A DNA stretch of 64,000 nt from Paraphysomonas bandaiensis (Eukaryota > Protista > Chrysophyceae): assembly GCA_965644295.1 (NCBI GenBank), contig CBFFRP010000185.1, positions 62,001 to 126,000 of the forward strand. Direction: 5' to 3'. Every line of letters begins with the position of its first letter. Position 1 is the stretch's first letter. Positions 51,413 through 62,756 of this stretch are shown piece by piece. The notes beneath the pieces are model-generated. The model saw nothing but the letters and a program-made list of their open reading frames with translations, did not search any database and was not told where the DNA came from. Position numbers and translations under genes: made by a program.

Positions 51413-54186
51413 TCACTTAGATGGCCAGACAGATGGTGCAGGTGCCTTTGCCACTTCTCTTGCCGCAACAGAAATTGCGAAGGGGTTACCGAGCTCCATG
51501 GCACTGTTATCTGGACACTTTGACGCCAGCATCATACGGCGTGCAAGCACCAAGCACTTTTTCTCGCACTGAGCTCGGATGTCAGGATCCTCTATTCCGT
51601 CCAGATCCGCTACATGAGCGATGCCGACTATTCTCCTGATCATCTCAGCGGCAGCAAACCCAATGGTATCGCTCCAAAGGTTCTGCATAAATACCAATTT
51701 GAGAGAGACACATGGGTCCGAACAAGAGGCAGGAAAGGAGGCACGGTGCAATTCTCCAGCCTGCTCGGCAGATCCAGTCTCCCACAAGGCCAGAAACTTT
51801 TCCGCAAATAAATCAAAGCAAGATATTAGCTTTGCTAGAATCCACTCGGAATACTCCTTCCGATCGGGGTATCCGTCCTGCGAAAAGTAGGCCAAAAGAA
51901 GGTTGGCAAGGAGAAGCCCTGTATCAAATCCCATAGGTCCATAAAATGCGAACTCTGGGTCAATTACCATAGTTGATGTAGCTGTTGCCATTATAGATCC
52001 CGAGTGAAGGTCTCCATGAAGCAAAGACTCGGTATTAGACAAGAATTTTCTCTTTAGGAGAAAGATGGCTGACTTGAGCTCATCATCAGATCGAATGGCG
52101 GCCGCAAAGTCGTCTAGCTGAGGAGAAGTCCAGTGATTTACTGAACTAACGGTGTATGGGTCCGAAAAAATAACCTGCAAACGAGCCAAAATCATATTCG
52201 ACATAAATTCAAACAAGACCCATCACTACCTGCTCTGTGAGAGCACAGAGACCAACGTTCCTTGACCACTCCGACACCTGAAGCCTGAAGTCCGCACCTG
52301 ACATTGCGAGTGCAGAAGATTTGTACAGTGTGTTCGCCATGAAAGTTGAGAGGTGATCTGCAAAGAGATCTACACGTTCTCCTGCAATAAAAAATTTCCT
52401 CAAGATAAGATGTGGAGGAGGAATATACTCCATGGCAAAAAGATATAGTTTCTGGTCAAAGAGATACATTTCAGGGACATGGTCCGCACATCGCTCTCTT
52501 TCAAGCACTAAAGCGCGCTGCTCAAAGACAGCTCGCTCTAGAGTGAGAGGCCAAGACTCCCCAACACAACGAACATAAGGAAGCGCTTGCTTGATAACAA
52601 TAACACCACCAGGTCCTTCAACGATAAACACGAGGTTTAAGTTTCCATCTCCAACTTCATTGATCTTTACCCTGCTGTCGTTAAAACTCTCACTAGAGTT
52701 AAATCCAATACGTCTCCGGAGGGAAGAGTTAGCCTTAACATACTCTCTCACACCATCCACATCCAAGGCACGGTACCCACTGCTCACAGCTACCGGATCA
52801 ACTGCTCCCTCCGCCCGCAACTCCATTCCATGTGCCCGCAAGAAGGCCGGCATGTCGATCACACCATCCTTGTTTCCCTCTGCTACACCAACTTCCGTAA
52901 TTATTCCACGGATCAGCGGGCTGGGAGTAACATCGAATGCAGGATTCCAAACATTTATTCCTTCAGGAGCAATTCGTTTTCCGAAAATACTGCACCCAGC
53001 ATTACTACAAGCATCACTAGTTAAGTCAACGTTACCTAGTCAGCTCACCAGAAGGGCGCTCTTCCACCGGTATACTCGCACCGCTAGACATAGAAAGATC
53101 GAGAGTTGTAGTCGGCACAGCGGCAAAAAATGGAATGCCAAAGTATTTGGCGGCGATGGCCAATTGAAGGGTACCAATCTACAAATCATCTCAGTAAGTA
53201 CATAGTTATTCATGGATAGATGCACACACAACACTCACCTTATTCGCAGTATCACCGTTAGCAGCAACGCGATCAGCACCCACAACAACGCAGTCAATGC
53301 CTTTAACTGCCATGAGATAAGACGCCATGGAGTCCCCTATGAGGGTACCGGGAAGGGAGTCTGATACAATTTCGAATGCTGTTAGACGCGCTCCCTGGTT
53401 GTAGGGGCGGGTTTCACAAGCGTACACATGTTCCAGATTACCCATTGCATGCAAAGATCGAATTACACCAAGTGCAGTGCCATAACCAGCAGTTGCAAGA
53501 CTTCCTGTGTTGCAAATTGTAAGAACACGCAGCTTGTCGCGCTGAGAAATTTCCAGAATTCTGCGGGCGCCAGCGTCACCAATAGATTTATTCGTGGCGA
53601 TATCGGCTTCGAGCATATCTTCTGCAGCTTTAACATAACCTGAACAGACAGTTTCAACTGTACTTCCTTTCTCCGAAGCTAACGACTTGACAAGTGCGCT
53701 GAACGATAACTTTGTCAAGTAAAGAAACAACGAGATCAACAACCGCACCCTAACTCATCCATAGCAACGAAAAGATTAACTGCAGTAGGCCTTGATGAGC
53801 GAAGTGTCTCCATAGAAGCCAACAGAAAAGACTCTGCTTCTTGGACGCTTGAAAAAGTCGCTTGTTTAGCTCTGACGTCCACTGCGAGTCCCAGTGCAGC
53901 CACTATCGCTATGAGAGGGGCGCCTCGCACTTGCATCTGAGCGATACCACATAACACATTCATGTGAGCTAAGTGTAGCGGAACAGAGAAGAGATGCATT
54001 GCATACCGATCGGATGACAGAGAAAGCATCTCCTGTGTTGGCGACATCCACATACTGCACACACATCAGCTCACATACACAGAAACATAAACAACCACTC
54101 ACATCCAACTCAGTGGGAAGCTTCAGCTGATCAATAACTTGAAGCTTACCGTCACAATACCTCAACGATTGAAGTACATTTGTCAT
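51413..54186 (-). CDS. mtnA-mtnK: Bifunctional methylthioribose-1-phosphate isomerase / methylthioribose kinase (MtnA-MtnK fusion), multi-exon
   Basis: MtnA motifs [68 protein letters not shown] and [10 protein letters not shown]. They run in frame into MtnK motifs [51 protein letters not shown] and [14 protein letters not shown]. Confidence 0.92.
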
Positions 54187-54261
54187 ATTTATATGCAAGT
54201 AGATAATAAAACTGAGATATAATGCAGACCAACAACAACAACACCCTCCTATACACCATAT

Positions 54262-54811
54262 CACACATACAAACCTACATACATACATACATACATACAT
54301 ACATACATACATACATACATACATACATACATACATACATACATACATACATACATACATACATACATACATACATACATACATACATACATACATACAT
54401 ACATACATACATACATACATACATACATACATACATACACACATACAAACCTACATACATACATACATACATACATATATACATACATACATACATACAT
54501 ACATACATACATACATACATACATACATACATACATACATACATACATACATACATACATACATACATACATACATACATACATACATACATACATACAT
54601 ACATACATACATACATACATACATACATACATACATACATACATACATACATACATACATACATACATACATACATACATACATACATACATACATACAT
54701 ACATACATACATACATACATACATACATACATACATACATACATACATACATACATACATACATACATACATACATACATACATACATACATACATACAT
54801 ACATACATACA
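54262..54811. repeat. (TACA)n tetranucleotide microsatellite, ~550 bp
   Basis: Nearly pure ACAT array with a repeated interruption CACACATACAAACCTAC at ~54262 and ~54437. Confidence 0.98.
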
Positions 54812-55013
54812 CAGTACTCCACAGTGTGCCAGTTTGCTTTTCTGGGGCAACTTTTCACGGCATAGAAATCTGGCTTTTCCATATATCTAGATATTAGGAA
54901 ATGAAAAGCATGATCTGCTGGGTACAACAATGATGATGATGATATGCGTGTATGGAGGATATCTTTGTTTGTTTATTCGAGCTGTATTAAACGCAAACAG
55001 CAAGTAGGATTTA

Positions 55014-55919
55014 ATGATCTCCCAGTTTTTTATTATTCTGTCCTTGTTAATTCGCGTATCGTCTTTATTTAGCGATGCAGAGAGTGAGCTCTTGAGTTCA
55101 TTACTCGATCATCAGTATGAGGGCTCTCACTTCATTCATATGGTTGAGTTTGGAGGCTATGACAATTTTATTATCAGTAACCTTTCGAAACATGATGCAG
55201 TGGTTTCATGGAGTGTAATTACTCATGACTGGGACGTATTCGGTAATCTGAAACACGAGTTTGAAGGCAGTATGCGCGTTACTGTGAAGATGATTCCGTC
55301 TGATTTCTCTGTGTGGAATGGACAGCTTTCGAAAGATACCGCAAACCAAGAAGAAGGTACCTATGCAGAGTATGAGAAGTATATTGATGAAATAGTATAC
55401 TTTGGAGCGAAGGATAACAGTGCCTACTGGGTTGCCTCTTTCGGGAAAGCCAAAGTGGATGTAGGAATAGCTGCTCTGCCTCTACTGTCTCGAACAGGTG
55501 GATATTTACTCGTTTCTGAGTGGGAATCGCCCTGTTATGTTGAAAGTTTGCTGCAGTTTTATGATTTAGTAGAGCTAGTGCAGTCATTGGCTGTGTTGAA
55601 ACCGAAAACTCCAGAGGATTTGCTACCTATTGTTGATAGTGGATACAAATACGACTGGTGCTTTGCATACTCTGTAGGAAACGTTGGTACTATTCGCCAT
55701 TCCAGTGGACCATCTGATACACAAAGCGTTATACAGTATGTGCAGAATGAAATGGGTTGTAGTGATGTTGTCGGTGGTAGGCTGTACTGTAAAGATAGGC
55801 CTGAAGGAGAATGTCTGAGGTGCTATGCTGCATTAATGGCAATTACCAAAAGAGGACATGCCGTTAGGAGTAGTATTGACAGGGTATTAGTCAGTACCTC
55901 TACAGCAAACGAGTTGTAG
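55014..55919 (+). CDS. Uncharacterised protein with N-terminal signal peptide and Cys-containing C-terminus, intronless
   Basis: 301 aa ORF with a hydrophobic N-terminus (MISQFFIILSLLIRVSS). No family was recognised. Confidence 0.65.
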   Translation: MISQFFIILSLLIRVSSLFSDAESELLSSLLDHQYEGSHFIHMVEFGGYDNFIISNLSKHDAVVSWSVITHDWDVFGNLKHEFEGSMRVTVKMIPSDFSVWNGQLSKDTANQEEGTYAEYEKYIDEIVYFGAKDNSAYWVASFGKAKVDVGIAALPLLSRTGGYLLVSEWESPCYVESLLQFYDLVELVQSLAVLKPKTPEDLLPIVDSGYKYDWCFAYSVGNVGTIRHSSGPSDTQSVIQYVQNEMGCSDVVGGRLYCKDRPEGECLRCYAALMAITKRGHAVRSSIDRVLVSTSTANEL

Positions 55920-56412
55920 GTATGTTATGTGAGCGCGTTGAGTCCTTTCCGTAAAGAGTAATGCCTTTCGATGTTTTCAGTCTGTCATGACTTCTGTAGC
56001 TCTAGTACTCCACGCAGGCTTGCGTAACAATGTAACAATTAATCATCCCATTAATTAGCAATTATTACCAGTTGACCGAATAATTGATAATATTAACTGA
56101 TTTGAAAATGATTGGAGCAACTGTTGTTTATATATATATAATAGATAATAGGAGCTGTACAGGTATGTGCGTAGTGCTCATGTGCGGAACTTCTTAATAC
56201 TACTTATTAGTTATTTCAATTCTTCCAAAATAATTATTCAAAATTTACACAATTAATGAATATGAAAATAACCCTTTCGCACAGCAAATCAACTTTATAA
56301 GAAAACTATATTGGCACATTCACAAGCACCACAAATAGAAGTGTTATATCACTTACGTAATCGACATATTCATGATATCTTATTTTGACTCACTCCAATG
56401 TAGATTGTTAGT

Positions 56413-57803
56413 TTATGTGTTAACTTTCTTAAAACTCTTCCGAGCTTCAGCAAGCTCTCGTGCTGCCAACTGTGACGACGTCGGTCGAGGCTGTTCCTTC
56501 ACGGCGTAGTCTTCAATAGATTCTCCTGATAACTGCATGACATAGTCAAGACTGTCATACAGGCAGCGGGCTGCAACTGGAGGTTCTACAGCACCACTCA
56601 AAAGCTCAAACGGAGTCACGTTGCGACCATAAAAATTTAAGTTTACATCAGATCTATAGTGAGTACAGGACAGTCACAAACGAGTTATAAAATAACATAA
56701 AATACGGAGTATCACCTAGAAAATAAGATTGAACCATCCAAAGAAAGTCCGGCATATAAACCTCGACTATGACAGTACGATAAAGCAGTGGCCATCCCTC
56801 TCTCCCCAACAATTAATTCCCCTGCTCCAGTGCGTCCCATGCCAGCTACAGATACCTTGACCTCCCCACCGACCGACACCTGAACAGGCAAACAAAGAAC
56901 GGCCTAACAATGACAATTTGTATGTGTCACGCTTGGTACCTGTCCTGGGCTTGTAAAGGCTCTCACCGCCTGAACATCATGTAGTACCACAACATAATCT
57001 GTGACGTCTACCCCTACCAATGCTCCCCAGCTCAGGCCTTCATGCAATCATGACAGTGTAAGAAATAGAGCCAGTAATAGAAAAAACTACATACCTATGG
57101 ATGCTATGGCTGTTGGAGCAGACCATTTCCCGCTGGGAAGACGAGAGATGACCAAACCAGTCCCAAATCTGGGGGCGAATACGAACCCACCTTTGAGAAC
57201 AGTTATAAATGCTAGACCACGGGCGCCTCGCAGCAGAGAAAGTGGTACTGAAGAGTCTTGTATTAAATGAACATGAAACATATTGTAGATTGAATAAGTA
57301 GCTTTTCTCAATTCGCTACCCAGAGTTTTAGACAACGGAAGATTAAGGTGCCGAATGGTGGACGTAATGTCCACGTTGTTAACACGACTGTGGTTGGCAA
57401 TATCCTTGATCAGCTTGCCTTGTTGTGGCGCCAACACCTTAGCACAAGAGTTGCACACCCGCTCTAAATCGTGAATGCTGAACTGAGAAGGTAACAACAT
57501 TCGGTTGTCAGAACATTTGTGACAAAAAATATCCCCGCAGTGCCTGTCCACACAGTGAGACACAGTGAGACGACCCTACTGACAGAGGTCACTGTACCTG
57601 CAGTGGTGCCGACGATTCATCCAGTCAAAAGAAGTGTTACAACCAGAGCAGACAGACCGCTCATCATCTGGTATCCAGCGAGGTCCAACGAATTCGCCGT
57701 TTTCAGAGTGACATCTCTTCGCATTGAACTTGAAATCAATTGCTGCCAACTCTGCCGCCTTATGAGTTGGAAGCTCACTAGATTTTGTATTTCGACATGA
57801 CAT
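56413..57803 (-). CDS. FYVE zinc finger + SYLF (Ysc84/SH3YL1) domain protein (plant CFS1/FYVE2-like architecture), multi-exon
   Basis: FYVE: WIPDD..CSGC...RRHHCR/HCGDIFCHKC...RVCNSC. SYLF: ARGLAFITVLKGGF...GTGLVISRLPSGKWSAPTAI and SRGLYAGLSLDGS. Confidence 0.9.
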
Positions 57804-58394
57804 TTAAGAGTGGAAAGAGTGTATAGGGTGTGTACTATCCGGTGTTTCGTTACAGTGAAGTGATATTCCAGATGTCTGTAGCCATAATTAACGCACTGGA
57901 TAACAAGCACATTCAAGTACACGAACCAAACACCATACTACGAGGAATACATATGGAATACGAAGAATAGGAATACATATAGCAGAACATAGATGTTGAA
58001 TAACATATCAATTTTGAACGATATTAGCTATAAAATTACAAGTTTTATCATTCTGAATTAGCTAAAACAGGGCTTTCAAGTATTCGAATAGGTGGAAATC
58101 TCCTATATAGGAACTCCTAGACGTACGGATGGATATCTTTCAGTTGTTTTTGTCGCCAGCGGTTTGGACGAAAGAGTTTTTTGTCGTACGGTCCCGTCAC
58201 ACTCCTCCAGCCTCCAGCACCCACATCCATCCTGTACTGTGTGTGTATATGCATAGATTGTATAGTATACACCTACACGCATATATCCCCAGAGGAAACA
58301 GCTGCTGCACTGCGCACTGACGACATCTCTTCCACTGGTGACAGTCGTTAGAGCACATTCACAACTCTTATAGTCGGGGACAGTGTCAGTGATC

Positions 58395-59920
58395 ATGAGC
58401 ACTCCGGAGACACAGCTAAAGAAGGTTAGAAAGCTGGAGGTTAACAGAACCTGTCCTAATTGTGTAAGTGGACTGTGACTGTGACTGGTCGCTCTAACTG
58501 ATGTGGTTCACAGGGAACTGAATCGCCCACTGGTTTAGGGTTCGGGAATATATGCGTTAAGTTCCAGACATTCGTGTGCGACTCCTGTAAGACCAGTCAT
58601 CAGGCCATATCTCACCGATGCAAGAGTGTGTCTATGTCCTCTTGGACCCACGATGAAGTCAACGCCCTCACGGCTCCGTTCGGTGGTGGAAATGAGATTG
58701 CTCTGAAAACTTGGCTCGCTAATGCTCCCCCTATCGGAGAAAGGTACAGCGGTGGTGTCCGCCCCAAGAAAGGTGATAGAATTGAAATCTTCAAACAGTT
58801 TATTGTGGACTGTTATGAGAGTAAGATGTTCTATGCTGAAAATGGGTCGCAGAATACGAATCAGATTGCTGAACCTGTACCTCAAGCAACTGCATCTGCT
58901 TCTGTTCGCAGTTTCTCCGCACCCCCGACTAGCGCTCCCTCAGCCAATTTCTTTGATTTCGATGAACAGCCGTCCACTGTGGCAGGTAATGGGTTCGATG
59001 CTTTCGCTGCTCCCCCACAAGCAACCCCTTCAAGTGGTGGTTTTGATGCATTCGCATCTACTTCTCAGCCTAGTGGTGGGTTTGATGCTTTTGACACTTC
59101 ATCCAACCCCGCGTCGAGTGGATTCGACTTCAACTCTTTCAATAGCACTGCTCCAACAGCTTCAACAACCACCAGCAATGATGCTTTTGCTTTTGATAGT
59201 TTTGGCACATCTTTACCCGCCCCTCCTCCACCGCCTTTGCAAACTTCTAAAACTGCCCCTGCACGCCCTATGGGCTCATCCATGAATGACATCGACCCGT
59301 TCGCCTCTACGAGCAGCCCGAGCAGAGCTGCACCGCCTTCGAGTGCTCCCATTGGATACAGCCTCAGCTCAGGTGGAGACATTTTTGGGTCCGACGTGCT
59401 CACTCTACAGCCGTCAAACTCTTCTAATAGCAACACTACTCCGAGTAAAGGTCACGTACCCATGACCGGAGGGCCAGGGCCAATGGGAAGTGGAATGCGT
59501 ACTGGTATGAGTGCTAACCCGAACGCGAGTATGGCAATCAGCAGCCTTGGTCTAGGTTCTCCAGATGCAGGAATGAATGGTAGACATATGGGGGGACGAG
59601 CAGGTCACCAGATGGGCGGAGGAAGACAAAGTAACTCGGGGGCCTTCGATTTCGTTGGCAGCGCGATGCAGAGCGAACTCGGACGAGGCGGGGGGACGGC
59701 CATGGGAGGGGGTTCGAAGCCACCTGCGATGGGAATGGGGATGAACAACAGCATGGGAATGCAAAATGGTGTGGGGATGAACCTCCAACAAAATGGTATG
59801 GGCATGCAAGCATCGTCAATGGGTGGAAGCGGAAATTTTGCGATAAGCAGCATGGGTATGGGGGGTCCACCAAGGGGTCAACCATCCCAAGGTGGGGGTG
59901 GATTCCCCTCTGGGTGGTAA
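58395..59920 (+). CDS. ArfGAP-domain protein (AGFG/SMAP-like) with FDxF/DPF motifs and Met/Gly-rich tail; catalytic Arg replaced; 2 exons
   Basis: NRTCPNC/...FQTFVCDSCKTSHQAISHRCKSVSMSSWTHDEV...GGNEIALKTWL...FIVDCYE. Confidence 0.85.
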
Positions 59921-60499
59921 TTAGTGGCAACTCCCATTAATTGATGGGTTTGGCTATTTATTTTTTCTGCTGTGCTGTAAACTGTTATAGACTATACGAT
60001 ATTCCTGTAGATCATTGATTGGGCAGTCGAATATGCTACTATTCATGATGCTATAAACAGCGAGATTAAGCAAAAATAGCATTTAAAGAATCATGTGTCC
60101 ACAATATTAATTCTATCAGGAGTATCCTTACGATTACCACCACCTGCTCGTAGTGCAGACGTATCCTATATATACTGCTCCGTATGTGTACGTCGCCCAC
60201 GTTGTACGTTTTAGATATCACATCGGCCCACAAGTGGTTAGAGCTGATGTCAAATTACTCATACTTTTATCCATTTTTGCAAGAGTTTACATTCCTTTTC
60301 TTGACTGTAAAAATGAACTCTTCCAGCATCATGGTATCTTACTTTTTTTACTTAGTTTGGCTTGTTGAGTTTTGCTATTTGGGAGCAATTAACAGCTGTT
60401 ATTGAATTGTTGAAGCCTATCGCGAGTAGCTATCCTGTATTCTGTACTCTATGTAGCAATGAAATACAGAATATACAGGACTGCACTATAGGAGTAGCT

Positions 60500-60630
60500 A
60501 TTAAAAGTATACAAAGAAACTGAAAATATAGTATCTGTAAAAGATACGATTTGTAGAAAGAATGTTGATGTTGGTGATTGATGTATTTCCTCAATCACAG
60601 TGCTACAACATCATAATTTCACTCTATCTC
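60500..60630 (-). repeat. Dispersed repeat family R2, copy 2
   Basis: AAAGATACGATTTGTAGAA...TGTTGGTGATTGATGT...CAATCACAGTGCTACAACATCA is the inverted match to 43855-43985. Confidence 0.85.
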
Positions 60631-61371
60631 TCTTCAGGTAATTTAGTTAGTACTGTAATACTACAAGTATAAGTCAATAGCTATAGTTTTATGTATTTGA
60701 ATTTTATCCGTTACTCACGAATACAGTGTTGGAATACGTATGTTTCTCTAATATAGAACTGTAGAATATAAAAAACTGCAATATACAGTCAACAAAACTA
60801 TACAGCTATAACTGTGAAACTGAAGTATATTATGACGATTCAAGATTCAATATACCGAAGTTAATCAGAGGTTGATATGAAAGAAGTATAAAATTAAGTT
60901 GTTGATGTATGTATTTTACATGATAACGCATTATTGCCTATATTATGCAAATTGAATAATAATAATCTATCTAGTCTAACAACTTTTCTTTCCTTTAACT
61001 ATCTAGACAAGTAAAAAGTTCAAAAGTCAATATACAGTAGTAGTTGACTGTATTACGAATACTAACAATATATATATTATTATGATAACTGTAGTAGTAA
61101 TGAAACTGAAATATTGTAACTGTACAAGATAGTAACAGTATAAAATGGAACTAGAAATAGTTGGTGTACAAGAGATAAACGAGTTAGTGAATGACAATGA
61201 ATGCTGTATGATTTAATTTATAATTTACAGATTTTAGTGATAACCTAAGTTTTACTTTATTACTCACAAAACCTGCTAAAATATGACTATACTTTTTTGC
61301 TTTAACACATTTGAATAGTTACAAAATACTATCTCTATTCGTGGATTTTAATTTGAGTAGAAAATGTTTAG

Positions 61372-61960
61372 TATTAGCAATATAGGCGTTTAAGAGTCAG
61401 TCCTTAACTATGATGTCCTACTGTTTAACGCTACGAAAGCTATATGTGCGTCACCGCAAGTAACAAAATGATTGCAACTAATCGTCTTTGCTCAGAGCAA
61501 AGGCAGTGAGCAAGCAGAATATTGATATGCCTGACATCTGCTAACTTCAGGATTTTTGAGTCATATATATAATATTATAATATAAAATATATTATAGTGT
61601 CTGATTACTTAGCAATAGGAATGTATGTAAGTGTTAACTTAATAGATATCTATCTAGTACTTAGCACATATTTAATTTTTTATTTTAGTCAGCATTATCT
61701 ATGTAAGGAATGTACTAAATAACACAAGCACCAAGGTGCAACCACCTCCACTTTAACTCTATCACTCAATTCAAATACCGTGAGCAAGCAGAATATTGAT
61801 TTACCTGACATCTGCTGGCTTCAAGTTTTTGAGTCCTTCAGGTGAACAGCCTGAAAATGCTTGACTTCAGAAGGCAGCCGAATACCCCGGATACCGGGTA
61901 TACCCTTGAGGTGACCCCCAAAACATTACGTAAAGGCGCGAGGCCGACTTTGTTGAGGGT
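61372..61960 (+). repeat. Two degraded R1 copies (insert-bearing subfamily), the second with an internal deletion of module B
   Basis: AGCAATATAGGCGTTT...TTTAACGCTACGAAAGC...GTGCGTCACCGCAAG, and ACAAGCACCAAGGTGCAACCAC...ATGCTTGACTTCAG...ACCCTTGAGGTG...CCGACTTTGTTGAGGG. Confidence 0.85.
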
Positions 61961-62756
61961 TTACTTTGAGTTCACACATGTTTAATCCTTCTTCAAAACA
62001 GTAATATTATAATAGCTGCGAGCTGATAACTAACAACTATATAATATATAGAACATACAACACACTTATCTAGTTTAGATAATTATGTTGTCCGTAGTTG
62101 AAAACAGTAATACATGAAATAAGTAAAATGAGACAATATAAACTATGTTATTAGTGAAAATATATAGGATCATGTTTATTATCTAAGATCTAATAGTATT
62201 GGTTGGTACGGTTATCCCCACTTTTTCTCCAAATAAGTGTTTTCTACCAATTGGGTTCAACAGACATTTAACTTCAATATTCGGTTTCAATAGAAGCTAT
62301 GATTCTAACTATCATGATATTGAAAAAGTGACTACTTAATTATATATTACACAATAGTAGGAAATCAGAATAATGGCTTAACTTTCGAAAGCAGACCATT
62401 AAACACTTCTTCAAGTTGTAATATATTTCGATAAAGTACTACCACTGCACAATTGCATTCTTTTTAATCACTCCTTGACAATATATAACATCAAATTATT
62501 TATATGAACGTATGAAACAGGCTAAGGTTATTAAACTCATTCATAATACCGTGGTGTGTACAGTATGTGACACAAGTGCAGTTGGACTGATGCATTGCAG
62601 AATAGTTTACAGTTCTATTTCTCACAATACTCGTAAGTACTATTGATCGATAATCTATATGTCATCCATTGCTCACATATCTGTTAAATAATGTGCCGTG
62701 GAAGTTGAAGGTGAATGAAAATGTACAGAGTTTAAAGGCACTGTAGAGTGCTGGGA

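Noticed and set aside
53866-54930. Long ORFs of HTYI / MYVC repeats
   Set aside because: They are translations of the (TACA)n microsatellite, not genes.
55014-55919. SAM-dependent methyltransferase call based on RTGGYLLVSEW
   Set aside because: There is no convincing glycine-rich motif I, so the protein is left uncharacterised.
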